From NCBI GenBank assembly GCA_002189035.1, contig NEEC01000009.1, positions 2,914,001 through 2,978,000 on the forward strand: DNA of 64,000 bases, given 5' to 3'. Each line of letters begins with the position of its first letter. The stretch's first letter is position 1. Below, piece after piece: positions 1 through 12,170 of the stretch. The translations under genes and the position numbers were made by a program. Origin of the DNA: Utricularia gibba. Lineage: Eukaryota; Plantae; Magnoliophyta. The notes below the pieces were generated by a model. The model saw only the letters and a program-made list of their open reading frames with translations. It was not told the DNA's origin and did not search any database.

Positions 1-323
1 CCTTCAGGTAGACCTTTGTCTGTAAACAAAGAATGGAATATGACATTTGGCAGGTGCTAATGCATCTAAAGAAGGCATCAACCATCAAGATACGTAAACT
101 CCCAATTGCAAAGAAGAAGCACAGTAGAATTTTTCAACAGTAGCATCCAATACCGAACATGATGCCTTTCTGTCCCTACCTCAAAAAGTGCCATTTCTAT
201 GGTGAAGAGAGGAAATACTCTAGGAAGCATAGTCACTGGGAAAATATTTTACATGACAAAGGTTGAAACTGAAATGCAGTTGAAAATGGGAACAGAAGCC
301 GCCGTTCAAATAGTGGCCTTCAG

Positions 324-2144
324 TTATGTGGACGTTTCAGATGCGAAGTTGAGGTTGAGGGAGATGGGCATGAGGCAGAGGCCTTTGCCCTGAAGGTACT
401 GCATCGCCGCACCCATATCCTCCTCCATCAGCTTCGCCACCTCCGCCTCGTGCGCCGCCGTCGCTTCCCTGTCATCACCCTGACATCAAGAAAGCGACCA
501 GTCAAGAAAAGCGGCCAACCCCAGTAGAGGAATCTTGGATAAAGAAAGAGGGCGCATGCTGTGGATGGCATCTTTCCCGCTTTGGGCGGAACGCTGCAAC
601 ACATCCTCCTCAGCTGAGAAAAACAAAGCTCTTTATGCATGAAAGCCACCTAAAGCTATCCAACAGTGAGACTCTTTATCTTCCATGTGCCCACGCATTG
701 ACAACAACGATGGTTTTTGTACGGTGTGTCAAACAGGTGCAGTTTACACAGAGAGGATAAAAAAATGTACCCGCTGAGACTTGCCATTAGCTGCTACTGA
801 AGAAGAAACACCATTAGCAGGGGGACAACATCCTAATCTGCTCATACTCAGAACCTATATATATATTTCACAGTTGAGTGAAGAGATGATGCGAACTGAG
901 ACATACAGCAGTTGCAGTAAAGACATACCTTGACTTGAAGCTGGAGGAACTTGACATAGTCGATGATCTCTTCGAGCATCAAAGCCTTGTCTGCCTGTTG
1001 TTTGAAGTACATCAGTAACACTGATCCTGAATTCAACACGACTAGCACGAGAATTCAGGAGTAAAGAAGAAGCTTTTTCTACTTGGAAGCAACAAACCAG
1101 CGCGTTTTCCTAGGAACACTGCTACGTAACTGAAAAAAGTGGCATAAAGCAGAGTGAGTGGAAAGTAGGGGATTTGGGGAGAGCGACCTTGTTGGCGTTA
1201 GGTAGAAGCTCTTGCAGTGCCTTCATTCTCTCTGCAATTCTCTCTCGTCGTAACTGCCCATGTTTCAGATTAATCCGCAGCATTGAACTCCCCAAGCAAA
1301 AAAGTGAACAAGCATGTAAGAAAAATAAGAAGGGTTGGTGATAAAGCTTTCGTACTCTCTCGGCGATGCTGTGGGGTCGGTAGCCTGTCCTCTTCTAGCC
1401 CTCACCCTCTGACGTGACTGGGTCATGGTGTTTCTCCTGCAAGATCCGATTGCCGTGGCAGTTGGACTCCCGGAATTCTGGGTCTGTGGCTGAGCTACTG
1501 CCTGGAAAACGGTGAAACAGTTATAATAGGCTCTGATTTGATGCTCAATGGGAAGCGATTGTTCAAGGAAACCGGAGGGTGGTTGAAGGAATTGAGTTTC
1601 GGGCAAGAGACCCTTGGAGCAGATCTGTGGAGCCAACGCCGTTCGTCGGTGCGTAAACCTCGAACGCTAGTCAAGAACTCAAATTCCGGGTTTGATTTTT
1701 ACTCAAGGAAGATTAAAAATTAAAACGGCGGAGCAGAATCGGAGAACGGAGAGATACCCTTTCAGTGACGTCGTTCTGATCAGCACTAGACGTCGGTCCA
1801 TTGCCGGCGGTGAGTCCCCTTGGTTGCGCCAACTGCTGTTGAAGAATCCGCGAGCTCGCCTCTAAATGTTTAATTTCCTGGTGCACAACCACCGTCGGCA
1901 GGTGGTCACCCGAATTCCCCAGCGCGGCAAGCGGCTGCTGATCTTCCCCCCACGGGAACGCGGAAGCCGGAACGGATGAAAGCATTTTCTCGAGAAAATC
2001 ATCATGGGTTGATGCGGGATCAAACTCCAACGGTGCCAGAACCTCGGTCTGAATTTGGGGCGTGGATGGGTACTGTTGAAGGTTCAACAACAGGTTGACT
2101 GAATCCATGTCCGGAAGCTCCCTCTCTCCATCGAGTCTAACCAT
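324..2144 (-). CDS. LRL: bHLH transcription factor of the LRL (bHLH66/69/82) subfamily, multi-exon; apparent 1-nt frameshift at 1373-1376
   Basis: Minus-strand exons give [14 protein letters not shown](H)SIAER / [22 protein letters not shown] / [22 protein letters not shown] / VLSMSRLG and the C-terminal [29 protein letters not shown], stop TAA at 324-326. In-frame ATGs at 2144 and 2108. The 5' exon structure (1500-1800) is not resolved. Confidence 0.9.
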
Positions 2145-2797
2145 CGGAAACCACAAGCGGAAGCAAGAACTAAGTATCCGCCGCTACGAAATAAGAGCGG
2201 AGCAGGACTGGAATGAGTGACGGGAAGATGAACTGGAGTTCCCGCTCTCGCGTCCGTTGGAGAATGCTTGTGAAAGCCGCAAGGCGGCGTATGTAAGAGC
2301 GGGCAAAATAGCCGATGTCACACGTCTTTTCTTTTTTGAGTTTCGTTTTTTAATAAAACGAATATTCGATTACCTGTTCCGTCATATCACGCCGGGTAAT
2401 GAAGCGACCCCCGACGCACGGCCCATCGGCCACAAGGGTTTCCAGCGTGACCAGCTTAGCTCCACAAGGGTTTATCCCCCATTTTGTGAGCCCAGGATCA
2501 TTCACAAATTTACTCATAATCATTTTTTATCTTACATATTAACATAAAAAATTAATATTAACAAAAATCAATTTTTTCAAACACATAATATATCAATGAG
2601 ATTTCTAAATCATACCCTGTGAAGTTGGTCAGATGGATAGGCGAATGCACTAAGGACAAGTACACAGTCAAGTTGCAGAAACAGCGTGTTCTTCTGCTGC
2701 AATCGCTCGTCTCACACTACCACATTGCAATATCTTTACATGCATAGGAGCAAGGGTTTAAGGTTACCATGAATGATTCAGCAGCCCCCAAAAACAT

Positions 2798-4225
2798 TTA
2801 CAGAATTGTGCAGCACTGGTTCGTCTTCTTCGCTTGTTTGTAGAACATCTGTGTTTTAAAAATGATCATATGGGAAAAGTGTAACACGACAAAAGGGTGA
2901 AGATATGATCCATTGGGAACTTGTAACTTACTTGTGAAGCGGCACTGAGATCCGAGCTTTTTTCAACCAATGTGTCCAGCTTCACGCCTCGTTCTAGTAC
3001 ACTGTCAATGGTCTCGTGCTGAAAAGAGAGTAGTAGTTGTTACTAAAGCCACTAAGAACATAACGAAGTGATCCAAACAACTGGTTTCGATGCGAGCCTT
3101 CATTCCCAAAATCTGTATGCTGCCACAGTTTTCATTCTCTCTACTTGCTAGATGCAATATTTGTGCAAGGATAATACATTACAATAAATTCTTCAGAATG
3201 CAGATTTCACAGCAGTAACAGGGAGGGGCATGGTGTTGGAGAAGGTGCTTACAAGTATAATCTTGGTTTCATCCAACTCCCTCTGAATTTTCAGTAACTT
3301 GTCAGCTTCAGCTGGATCCTTAAAACGTTCAAACAAGAAGATGGTACTCAAGCATACATTGTCATGTGAGAGACTTAAAAATACTTGGAGAAAATTATGT
3401 ACCTGGAACCTCGTCAAAGCTTCAGTTAGATAAGGCCATTGTTGTGTGGTATCGGTCTGAACGGTTTTCCATGTATCCCCGAAGTTCTTCTGATACTCAT
3501 CTAAGACCTTCCAATAGATGTTTTGCTTTGGTATAGTTACTTGCAGGCATTTAAAAGGAATAGCTACAAAGGTATACCAACCTGGTTTAGCAATGAGAAA
3601 GCACTTCTTACAGGATAATGATCATCCATGAACCCCAAAGCGCACAAACCATTCCTGTTGTACGAGTGTACCTTGTACACTGATTTAGAAAGGATCCAAA
3701 GAGCATATCAGTTACAAGTTTGTCTGATACTATTCACTAGACAATCATGGAACAACAGCTTTGCAGCAAGAAAATGATAATCTGAACGATGAAGACAACG
3801 GGACACATGTTGGCTTAGAGTTGGTTTCCAAAAAGACTACCACAGTTTCAAACATAGTTTCAAGAGTAATTCTCCATGATACTCGTAGCAACACCTAAAA
3901 TTCTTGCACCGAGATCCCGTCACCACAACAGAATCTGATTTCATAAAAAACTAACAAGGTAGCCCTAAAATCAAGTTACGAATTAGCCGGAAACAACAAG
4001 AAACTGAACAATCGGAATCCAAATCGCACCTTCATGCTGCACGGACTGCCGTTGGCTTGGCGGCGTGCGCTTAGCTACCGTCCGGCCGACGAAAACAATG
4101 AACTCCTTCGCACTCGGACGTTGAAAGAAACCAAAACTGGTGAGATCTGATGCGTTCGCCAAGATGATCGGATCCCCTTCCTCCGGAATACATTTCACCA
4201 ACAGCAACGCCGTAATCTTCACCAT
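2798..4225 (-). CDS. YKT6: VAMP-like R-SNARE YKT6 (YKT61/62), 6 exons, intact
   Basis: Spliced by eye with GT-AG introns: [12 protein letters not shown]...QRQSVQHE / [33 protein letters not shown] / ... / [22 protein letters not shown] / [29 protein letters not shown] / [16 protein letters not shown]. Longin domain, SNARE core and C-terminal CCaaL prenylation motif. Confidence 0.96.
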
Positions 4226-4610
4226 CTTCTACACGATTTCTTCCTATTTGGCTTTACAAACGAGGAAATCGAATCGCAAAGCTTCTCAACGAAACCTGAC
4301 CTTTTCCCGTGCTCCACTTTGCCCCAGTTCCACAAACAAAATTCATTTGAAACGGAAAACAGACCACCAAATACTTATATATATTTCTCGCTCATCCGCG
4401 TTTTACCTTCTTTCGTACGCAAGACACCAAATGACACATATACCCTCCATTACCGCACTCTTCCGTTTGGAGGGAAAGTAATTCTTCTATTTTAAATAAA
4501 ATTAATCAAATGTTTTAAATGTACTTAATTTTAAAAATTAATATATAAAAATAAATAAAAAACAACCATACATTGAAAACAAAGAGAAACGTGCTTGTCT
4601 GCATCTCGTC

Positions 4611-6839
4611 TTAAGCGACGGCGAGTCGAGCGAAGGAGGGAACCGTGTCGGACTCTGCCTTGCTAAACAACACCACTTCCTCGTGGATTTCGACGTCTCC
4701 GGCAACTGAAACCCATGTTTCGGCGATCTTCTCAACATTCCCATCCAACATGTCAACCATGGTGAAGGCCCGGGCGGTGCCTGACGGCTGGGTGGTATGG
4801 CCGGAAGTCGAGATTCCATCATTCTGTGCAAGGGCTTTGACCCTTGGAACGATGGCTCCGTTGAGGTGTATGATCTCATCGTCTCCGACGACCACCATGC
4901 GACGGTGGCCATTTTGATAGGCCAGCTCTTTGTGCATGTGCCCGAACACCACTAGCTTGATCGGCGACTCAATTGTCTCCTTCACTCGGGCTATGGCTTT
5001 TGCTAAATCTGCAGATGGTACTGAAATGTCGCCGGAGCTGCAAGTGAAACCTTGTGCTTGGTTAAGATTGAGAACTTACCGGGATCACCATGATCACCAC
5101 CTCGAGAAACCCAGTCCTTCCCACATATATCATCCACTCTGGAGCCAAGGCCTGCAAGGAAACACATTTCTACCAATGCAACACTAAAACAGGAAGAAAA
5201 GATGGTTCTTGCATCACAAACTAGATAACCTTTTGGCCCGTTGTGAGCAAGAAAAATGAGGGAGTGGTCCAAAGGAGTTCCCACAGCAGCTTCATAGATC
5301 CTCTTCGCACTTTCGTTCATATCACGCACGTTGTATCTACAATCCAAGAGCTCAGGAGATCATTAAAGTTTGCAGGGCTTGCAAAGTATGGTTCAGCGTG
5401 AGTATGATTTCACAGTGCCATTTGAGCTCAAAAGGAAATGAAATACCGATCACGAAGAAGTGCACGCTTGTATAAATAATCTCCACCACAAGAAAACGGC
5501 CGACCCCCAACTACACTCAGAGTAAAAGTGGGAAGGCCCATTCGTCGATAGCCAACATGCTCATCTCCAAGTCTGTTGGGAAGAAAGTTTGAATCAATTC
5601 CATGTGGTTTAGACAGTTATGTGGTACTATGAAGATGCTTGTTTTAATCATATTACTACAAGCTCCAGGGTCACATAGACTTACAATTTCAGTTGCATTT
5701 GAACAGGATCCTTCCCACTGCATTATAAGCTACGCCAGTCAGAATAAGCAGCTTGCAAAAAATGGAGCAGTAGTTATGATCATTCTACTCATGTTCCCAA
5801 GTAACATTGACAACCTCGTTGAAGGAAAAAAGAGTACTGAAAGTGAATTCAAGATAACTGCGATATTCGGAGTAACCTCATGCATTGTTTTGAAAACTAA
5901 CTTGAAGTAGAGAGGCATCGCACGTGGTTAGGAAAACAACAACCTATGGTTTTTGTTCCTAGGCAGTGACTTACTCTGAAGAAAACGTATGAGTATTCCA
6001 GGCATCGTGGTTCCCCAGGATGATTGCTTTAGGAAAATCAAGTTTTGAAACACTTGAAACGATATCAACATTCTCATTGCCAAAATCACCTGCAGAAAAA
6101 CTCCGACATGTTAAAAGCAATCCTACTTGTTGGTTCTTCAACAATGACGAGACCAGCAACGAGAACACCTGCCTGTGAAAAGTACCAGGTCTGGCTGCAC
6201 AACCAAAAAAACATACGTTTTTAAGAGAAAATACACATATCGTCATTACCAGCACAAAGAGAGCATACTTCAATCTCACCAATGAAAAGAATAAGGTGGA
6301 ATTTAGAGGTATATGACCTAATTTACACGATGATGCAGGGTGAATAAGTTCTTGGAGAAACACAAAAAACAAAAATCATGGTGACAGGTAAACCCAACTC
6401 CGCAAATTAAAACCATACAGTAAGGAAGAAAAACCAATTCATGGTTCCTCAAGGATGGTGCTTTCTCAAATCATACAATGGCAGATCCTCCGTCTTTAGA
6501 TAATATGGGACCAAAACTCTATTAATATGCATAGCGCACACATCCAAAAGAAACAAGAGAACGAGGAAGCACCTTCAAAAATTGCAGAGCCTTAGTATCT
6601 TCCTCGAGATCCCAACAGTCGTGCTTCAAAGTGAAAACAAAAATTACGACAACAAGGCATTGATCTTCCAAGTAAGAAGGATTAAAGAGGGCAGAGCAAT
6701 AACTTACGACGTCCCCGATTACGGCAATCCTCAAACACTTGGCCATAGGAAAACCACCACAGCGCCACCGCCTGAAACTCAATGGACGAGAAAATGCACG
6801 AAGCCACGAAGGGCGCAGCGACGCGCTACTACTAAGCAT
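4611..6839 (-). CDS. Calcineurin-like metallophosphoesterase, TIGR04168-type, with probable organellar transit peptide
   Basis: Motifs IAVIGDV/HD, TG/DFGNEN, ILGNHDAW, FLAHNGP, DICGKDW...GGDHGDP, VVFGHMHKEL and LNGAIVPRVK spread over about 8 exons. Ser/Arg-rich N-terminus MLSSSASLRPSWLRAFSRPLSFRRWR from ATG 6839; stop at 4611. Confidence 0.85.
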
Positions 6840-7192
6840 ACAACAAGTCAAGTCTCCAGATTGTTGATACTTCTCTGAGTGAAATTTCTACGCCTCTTCG
6901 TTTTCCTCATCGCATCAAATAAAAAAAAAAAAATCCTGTGTTTGCGAAGCTTCAAGCTTTCTAAAATTCACAATTCCAGCCACAAAAATTCTAAAATTAA
7001 CAATTTCAGTCACCAAAAATTTTAAAATTAATAATTTGCATAAAAGGTATGGTTTGGTTTGTAATTTCAAATTCAATGGGGGAGAAAAATGAAATTGGAA
7101 AATATACCAGGCACCTCTTTCGACATAAATATACCAGGCATCCCTGAGCCATTACAAAGACAAAAACTTGACATGATCCCTGAGTTCTTTGG

Positions 7193-9691
7193 TCACCGTA
7201 TGCTATGCTTCCATGAGGTTAATTCACTTGGGAGCATGTTTTCGTCCTGGGCGATCACTGCCTCAGCCAGAAGCTTTCCAAGCCAACCATGGAAGAAGAG
7301 TCCCCTTGCGCCAAGGCCTGTGAACAACCAGTACTTGCAGCTGTCCTTCCTGTCGAGGAGTTTATCGACACATCCGAGAAGAGGAAGCGATCCGTCTCCC
7401 TGGAGTGGAGGCATTGCCCTCAACCCTCCAACTGCTCCGGTGATGTTCCATCTTTTGATGATGGGATAGATGGAAGATGCCTTTGGAAGTAGTACTTCCA
7501 TGGCCTTGGAAGCTTCATGGGGTGTAACGCATCTTGAGTGGTTTGTTGAATTCCATTCCCAGGTTGATCCCAAGTCCATGAGGTGAGATCCACGCACCGC
7601 AAGCCAGGCATCTGATAAGATTGAGGGACTGTGTGCTGGATACCCATCTCTGAAGACAAAAAGATGGGGATGATAGGCAGCTAACACATTCATACCAGAG
7701 TTGAAAAAAGAATAAACATAGCACAGATCCAGTAAGGTCAAAATTCTGTGATAAAAAGAGGGAGAAGCATTAATCACCCCATGGTGTTATCAAGTTGCAT
7801 CTGTGCAATGACACCTCTACATGCCCTGAGGGGAAGTTTTTTGTTTATCTCTGGGAGAAAAGAAATCTGAGCTCCAAAACAAATAACCACTGCATCATAG
7901 TCATCTGCAGTTAAACGATAAGAATTCAGTAGGGTAGAGCACCATAATTTGACGTGCAAGTGAGATTTTTTAGATTCAAATATGAAAACCGGCATGCAAC
8001 CTATGAAACGACCCGTCATCTAAGCTTGTGCCCTTTCACAGTGGCAATGGAGTTCACCTGGAAGTTCATTCAGACTGTGAAGAGATTTCTTATGCAACCT
8101 GAACTCTCTGCACATCGAACCTGATCGGGCACTGTTGCTTGCAAAACTTTTGCATGCTAAGAACAGTCCCTGTACGAAAAGATACAAGAATGTCAGAAAC
8201 ACTGGACACATCATGCAAGCAATTCCATACGCTTCAAACCTGAAGGTAGGTTTGGGCATTAACATTCAAGGCTTCGGGCATATAGAATGCTATGTTTGAG
8301 GGTAGCGATAAACTTGGGACCAGGTCTCGAGCAGCATCTGCATCTATGGTCTCTATCCTGCAATTGGCAAGACAATTCTGAGCATTCTGCTCATAGAAAC
8401 GGAATAAAAGCACATCAGTCAGAACAGCGATTCTCCGTAAACAGTGCAGCAAATACTTTCTTACTTCTGTCATTGTATCCTTGTTCTTCAGATTGACCAA
8501 AGGTCTTAAGATCCCCCTGAAAAAACATACCCCGACACCATAACTCAATGAAAATATTGCATCCATTCGGCATTACACATCAAACAAAGAGAACAGTACA
8601 TCTCCCACCAGGAAGATCATAACTGCATGGTCAATGCAAATACGTATATATAATTCACACTTATCAGTCTAATGACAAGCGTATGGTTTAAAGCCACTTT
8701 TCAGATGACATCTATAATAGAATTCATACCTGTTTCTGATAATGGCACAGTGGCCGATTTCAGGATTTTCAAGAATTCCATGCTGCGATGCCTCATGAAG
8801 TGCACCTTCTGCAACAGCCAAGAGATTCAAGCTTTCTTTCCAGCATTCATCGCCATGCCACAGAAGCTTAACTGCATAGCAAAAGAAAAATAACTGATTC
8901 TAAAACCATTAAAGATGTTTCTTCGATCCTATACAGCACTGAATTCACGAGAAAGCAACTATACATAAGTGCAAGGAAGCTAGAGTCAAGACGCAGACCT
9001 TTGGGACTGTACGGATGGAGTAGCCCACCAGCAACTCCAGATGCTCCTCCACCAACACCAACTTCATCATAAACGTCAACACTAATATGTGATTCCTTTG
9101 AACTGTGCTGTAAAAGGCATTATCTGAAAATTAACAAAATAAAGAGAAACTAAATTCGAAGGGCGCATAATTTTTCCCAATGCTCAAAAGCAAATTGTTT
9201 GGAATTTACGAAGATGTCATATTGGAGCAGTGAATTACATCTATACTATCCTACAACTCAAGCTTGACTAAATGAACGGCTATTCTTTCCGTAGAAAGAT
9301 TTAAAGAACGCTTTTTTTTTTTTTTTCCACAGATGGCTGTGCAGTATCAGTATCAACCCATTACAGTACACAACAAATTAAGTGGAGGGCAAAGAAGAAA
9401 GGGAGAGTACACTCAGTAAATTCCAAGCCACGGATAATCCAGCAAAGCCAGCACCAAGAACGGCGTATCTACAAGAAAGAAGCAACGTTCAGAGCACCCA
9501 TTAAAGAAATTATCAAAAACCATAAAGCAGAAACTCAAATTTCAAAGAAATGACGAAGCGTTTTTCAATTAAAACCTCAGAGGCCGTCCGGAAGAAGACG
9601 AGCAGCGAACGGAGAAGCAAGAAGACGGGGAGCAAGTTTCAGATATGGGTGTCACTTGCCGCCATTTCCAAGGGCAAGAACTTACACTCAT
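7193..9691 (-). CDS. FAD-dependent oxidoreductase (DAO/glycine-oxidase-like), multi-exon, probable transit peptide
   Basis: Rossmann motif RYAVLGAGFAGLSVAW (about 9410-9470), VDVYDEVGVGGGASGVAGGLLHPYSPK, RGILRP, LPLRACRGVIAQ, GSTWEW, VGGLRAMPP, WLFTGLGARGLFFHGWLG. Start at ATG 9691 (MSVSSCPWKWRQ...SGRPLR) is inferred. Confidence 0.85.
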
Positions 9692-10181
9692 CGTCGTCCC
9701 TGGACGAGAGGGACTACCGCAAGATTTGTTAACGCCTCTCACACCTCCAGGCTCCAATTATAACTCATAACAAACAGAATCAACACTTAATTGGAAATAA
9801 AATTAACACCCCGGAAGTTACCGCCGTACCCCGCGACACGGCGGCGGCGTTTCCGATCCCCACTTGCGCACACTCCCTATCCACAGTTTTAAAAACAGTA
9901 TACATTTAGTTTTTGTCAATTGGATTCTTGGTGGGGTTCATGTTATTATATTTTTATATACGCAAAAATTTATATGGGTTAAAAATCGAATTTATTAAAC
10001 TTGCACCGCATGCGGCCAAAAAAAAAAGGAGTTACTTTTTATCGAGTTCCATTCCAATTCCACGTGTCGAAAAACAAGCAAACAGACAGAGGAAAAGAAG
10101 AGATCCGTTGAGCAGCGCCGGAGCTCCGAGCACGCAGATGGCTGGTTTCGAACGCAGAATCAAGAGCTAGCTGAAGGGCGA

Positions 10182-12170
10182 TCAGTCGAGCTTGACGGAG
10201 GAGAACAAGTAATGCACGAACCAGAAGGAGGAGAGGAAGCCGACGGCGCCCGTCGCCAGCATGATCGCCAGCGCCATGAACAGAGAGTACCCGATGTACA
10301 GCATCGCCGACGCCGGCCCGCTCAGGCTCTTCAGATCGAAGATCAAGTAGTTGATCGAGTAGAAGAAGATGTAGATGGCCACTGATCCCGAGGCGAAGAA
10401 CGATTTCCACCACCATTTCCAATCCTCGACGCACAGATGCATATAGGTCAGAACCAGAGAAACCTCGGCGCACACCGCTACCAGTAGCGCCAGAACGATG
10501 AGGAGGAACCCGAAGACATAGTACACCCGCCCCATCCATAAGCTTGACATGATGAAGAAAAGCTCGATGAAGAGAGTTCCGAAGGGGAGAGTGCCGGCGC
10601 CGAGGACGAGTAGCCAGGATGGGTACTTTTGCTGCGGGATTTCTCTTGGGATTTGGTTGGTTCGAACTGGGTATTCGATGACCGGAGCTTTAGAACCCAG
10701 GTAACCGCCGAGGAGGGTGAGGGGGACAGAAACGCAGAACCAGAGTGAGATCAGGGCGAGGAAGGAGGAGAAGGGGATGGCTCCGGTGCTGCCACTGCTC
10801 CATAGCAAGAAATTCAGGATTGTCAGTATGAGGAAGGCGATTCCAGGGAAAAACCAGGAGACTTTCCAGGAGATTGAGATCCAATCATTGTATTCACCGC
10901 ACCACATGGTTCTCCACAATCGGACTCCGACATAGCCGGCAGCGAATCCCAGGATCATGTAGAAGAAGAGCATTCCTGTTAGAAGTGCTCCCCTTGAAGC
11001 TGGAGACATGAATCCCAAAGCTGCGAATAGAATAGTGACTAATCCCATTCCAAGAATCTGAATCCCATCTCCGACCATGACACACAGAAGGGATGGATCA
11101 TTGGGAGCACGGAAAACATCGCCGACGACAAGCTTCCATCCTGTTAACTCCTCGGTCATTTGGGCTTGCGCTTCTTTGTCAAGCTCTTCATACTTGGCCA
11201 GATCACGACGAACAGTTCTCATGAAGATCACGAGAACGATGCCAGCCAAGAAAGCAATGACAGTTAAAGAATTCAGAATTGAAAACCAGTGGACTTTGGC
11301 TCCTTCCATTTTCAGATAAGCATCCCATCTTGATGGCCACTTGATATCACTCTCCACAAAGGAGACCTCGTAGGAGAATGTGATCGGCTGGTTTACCCTG
11401 ATGGGGGCGGCAACAGCATTAGGGATGCAGTTGATTTTCGATGGGTACTTGTCGTACATTTTCAAGTTCTTTACAGATTCAAGATCGTGCTGGAAATTAC
11501 AAGGGACGACCTCAAAACCCACAACCATGTACTCAGGTGGAGCTTCTGATCCCTGATCCTTCTTGACATTGGAAACCATTGAAGTTGCATCACCAGATCC
11601 CATCACTCGAGTAGCAGCATCACTCTCCTCTTTCTTATGAACAAGAACATTGAATTTCAGGTGATTAAACACATAATAGTTCCTACCCACCTTAGCACCA
11701 ACAGGGTAACCAGTCCAACGTAACACAAATTTCTCTTTGTAAGTATACCGGATGGCGGGCAAGTTATCCAGAATCACATTCACCTGATACATCTCATCAA
11801 TCCTGGTTTTGAGAAGATTGAATTCATCAGATGATAAAGGCTTCGTCTGACAAAGAAACAACTCAGTCTCATTCTTGAACATCCTAAATCTGTATGGAGA
11901 ACTCTCAATCCTATCACCCATTAGCAGCTCACCAAGATTTTCAGCACTGTCCTTAATACCCGTTTCAGGCTGACAGAACGGCAAACTGTAGTATCCAAAA
12001 GGTAACTCTGTATCAATTGAGGTCAAGGAATTCACCTTCATATTCAAGAAATCCCCAACCCCATACTTATGAGGATAACTTCCTGGGAGATAAAACCCAT
12101 TTACAAGTTGACTACAAGTCAACACAACAAACAACACACAGATCTTCAACTTGCTAACGCAGCTCTCCAT
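10182..12170 (-). CDS. Transmembrane 9 superfamily (TM9SF/EMP70/TMN) protein, TMN11/12-like, intronless CDS
   Basis: Single ORF of about 660 aa: signal peptide then GFYLPGSYP, VNSLTSIDTELPF, WPSRWDAYL, VHWFSILNS, GWKLVVGDVFR, RTNQIPREIP; ends SSVKLD (KxD/E Golgi-retention motif). First true ATG is 12170; the ORF-track start at 12182 is GTG. Confidence 0.96.
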   Translation of the reverse strand: MESCVSKLKICVLFVVLTCSQLVNGFYLPGSYPHKYGVGDFLNMKVNSLTSIDTELPFGYYSLPFCQPETGIKDSAENLGELLMGDRIESSPYRFRMFKNETELFLCQTKPLSSDEFNLLKTRIDEMYQVNVILDNLPAIRYTYKEKFVLRWTGYPVGAKVGRNYYVFNHLKFNVLVHKKEESDAATRVMGSGDATSMVSNVKKDQGSEAPPEYMVVGFEVVPCNFQHDLESVKNLKMYDKYPSKINCIPNAVAAPIRVNQPITFSYEVSFVESDIKWPSRWDAYLKMEGAKVHWFSILNSLTVIAFLAGIVLVIFMRTVRRDLAKYEELDKEAQAQMTEELTGWKLVVGDVFRAPNDPSLLCVMVGDGIQILGMGLVTILFAALGFMSPASRGALLTGMLFFYMILGFAAGYVGVRLWRTMWCGEYNDWISISWKVSWFFPGIAFLILTILNFLLWSSGSTGAIPFSSFLALISLWFCVSVPLTLLGGYLGSKAPVIEYPVRTNQIPREIPQQKYPSWLLVLGAGTLPFGTLFIELFFIMSSLWMGRVYYVFGFLLIVLALLVAVCAEVSLVLTYMHLCVEDWKWWWKSFFASGSVAIYIFFYSINYLIFDLKSLSGPASAMLYIGYSLFMALAIMLATGAVGFLSSFWFVHYLFSSVKLD

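Noticed and set aside
10039-10539. 166-aa alternative-frame ORF
   Set aside because: Overlaps the GC-rich 3' end of TM9SF in another frame; expected by codon bias.
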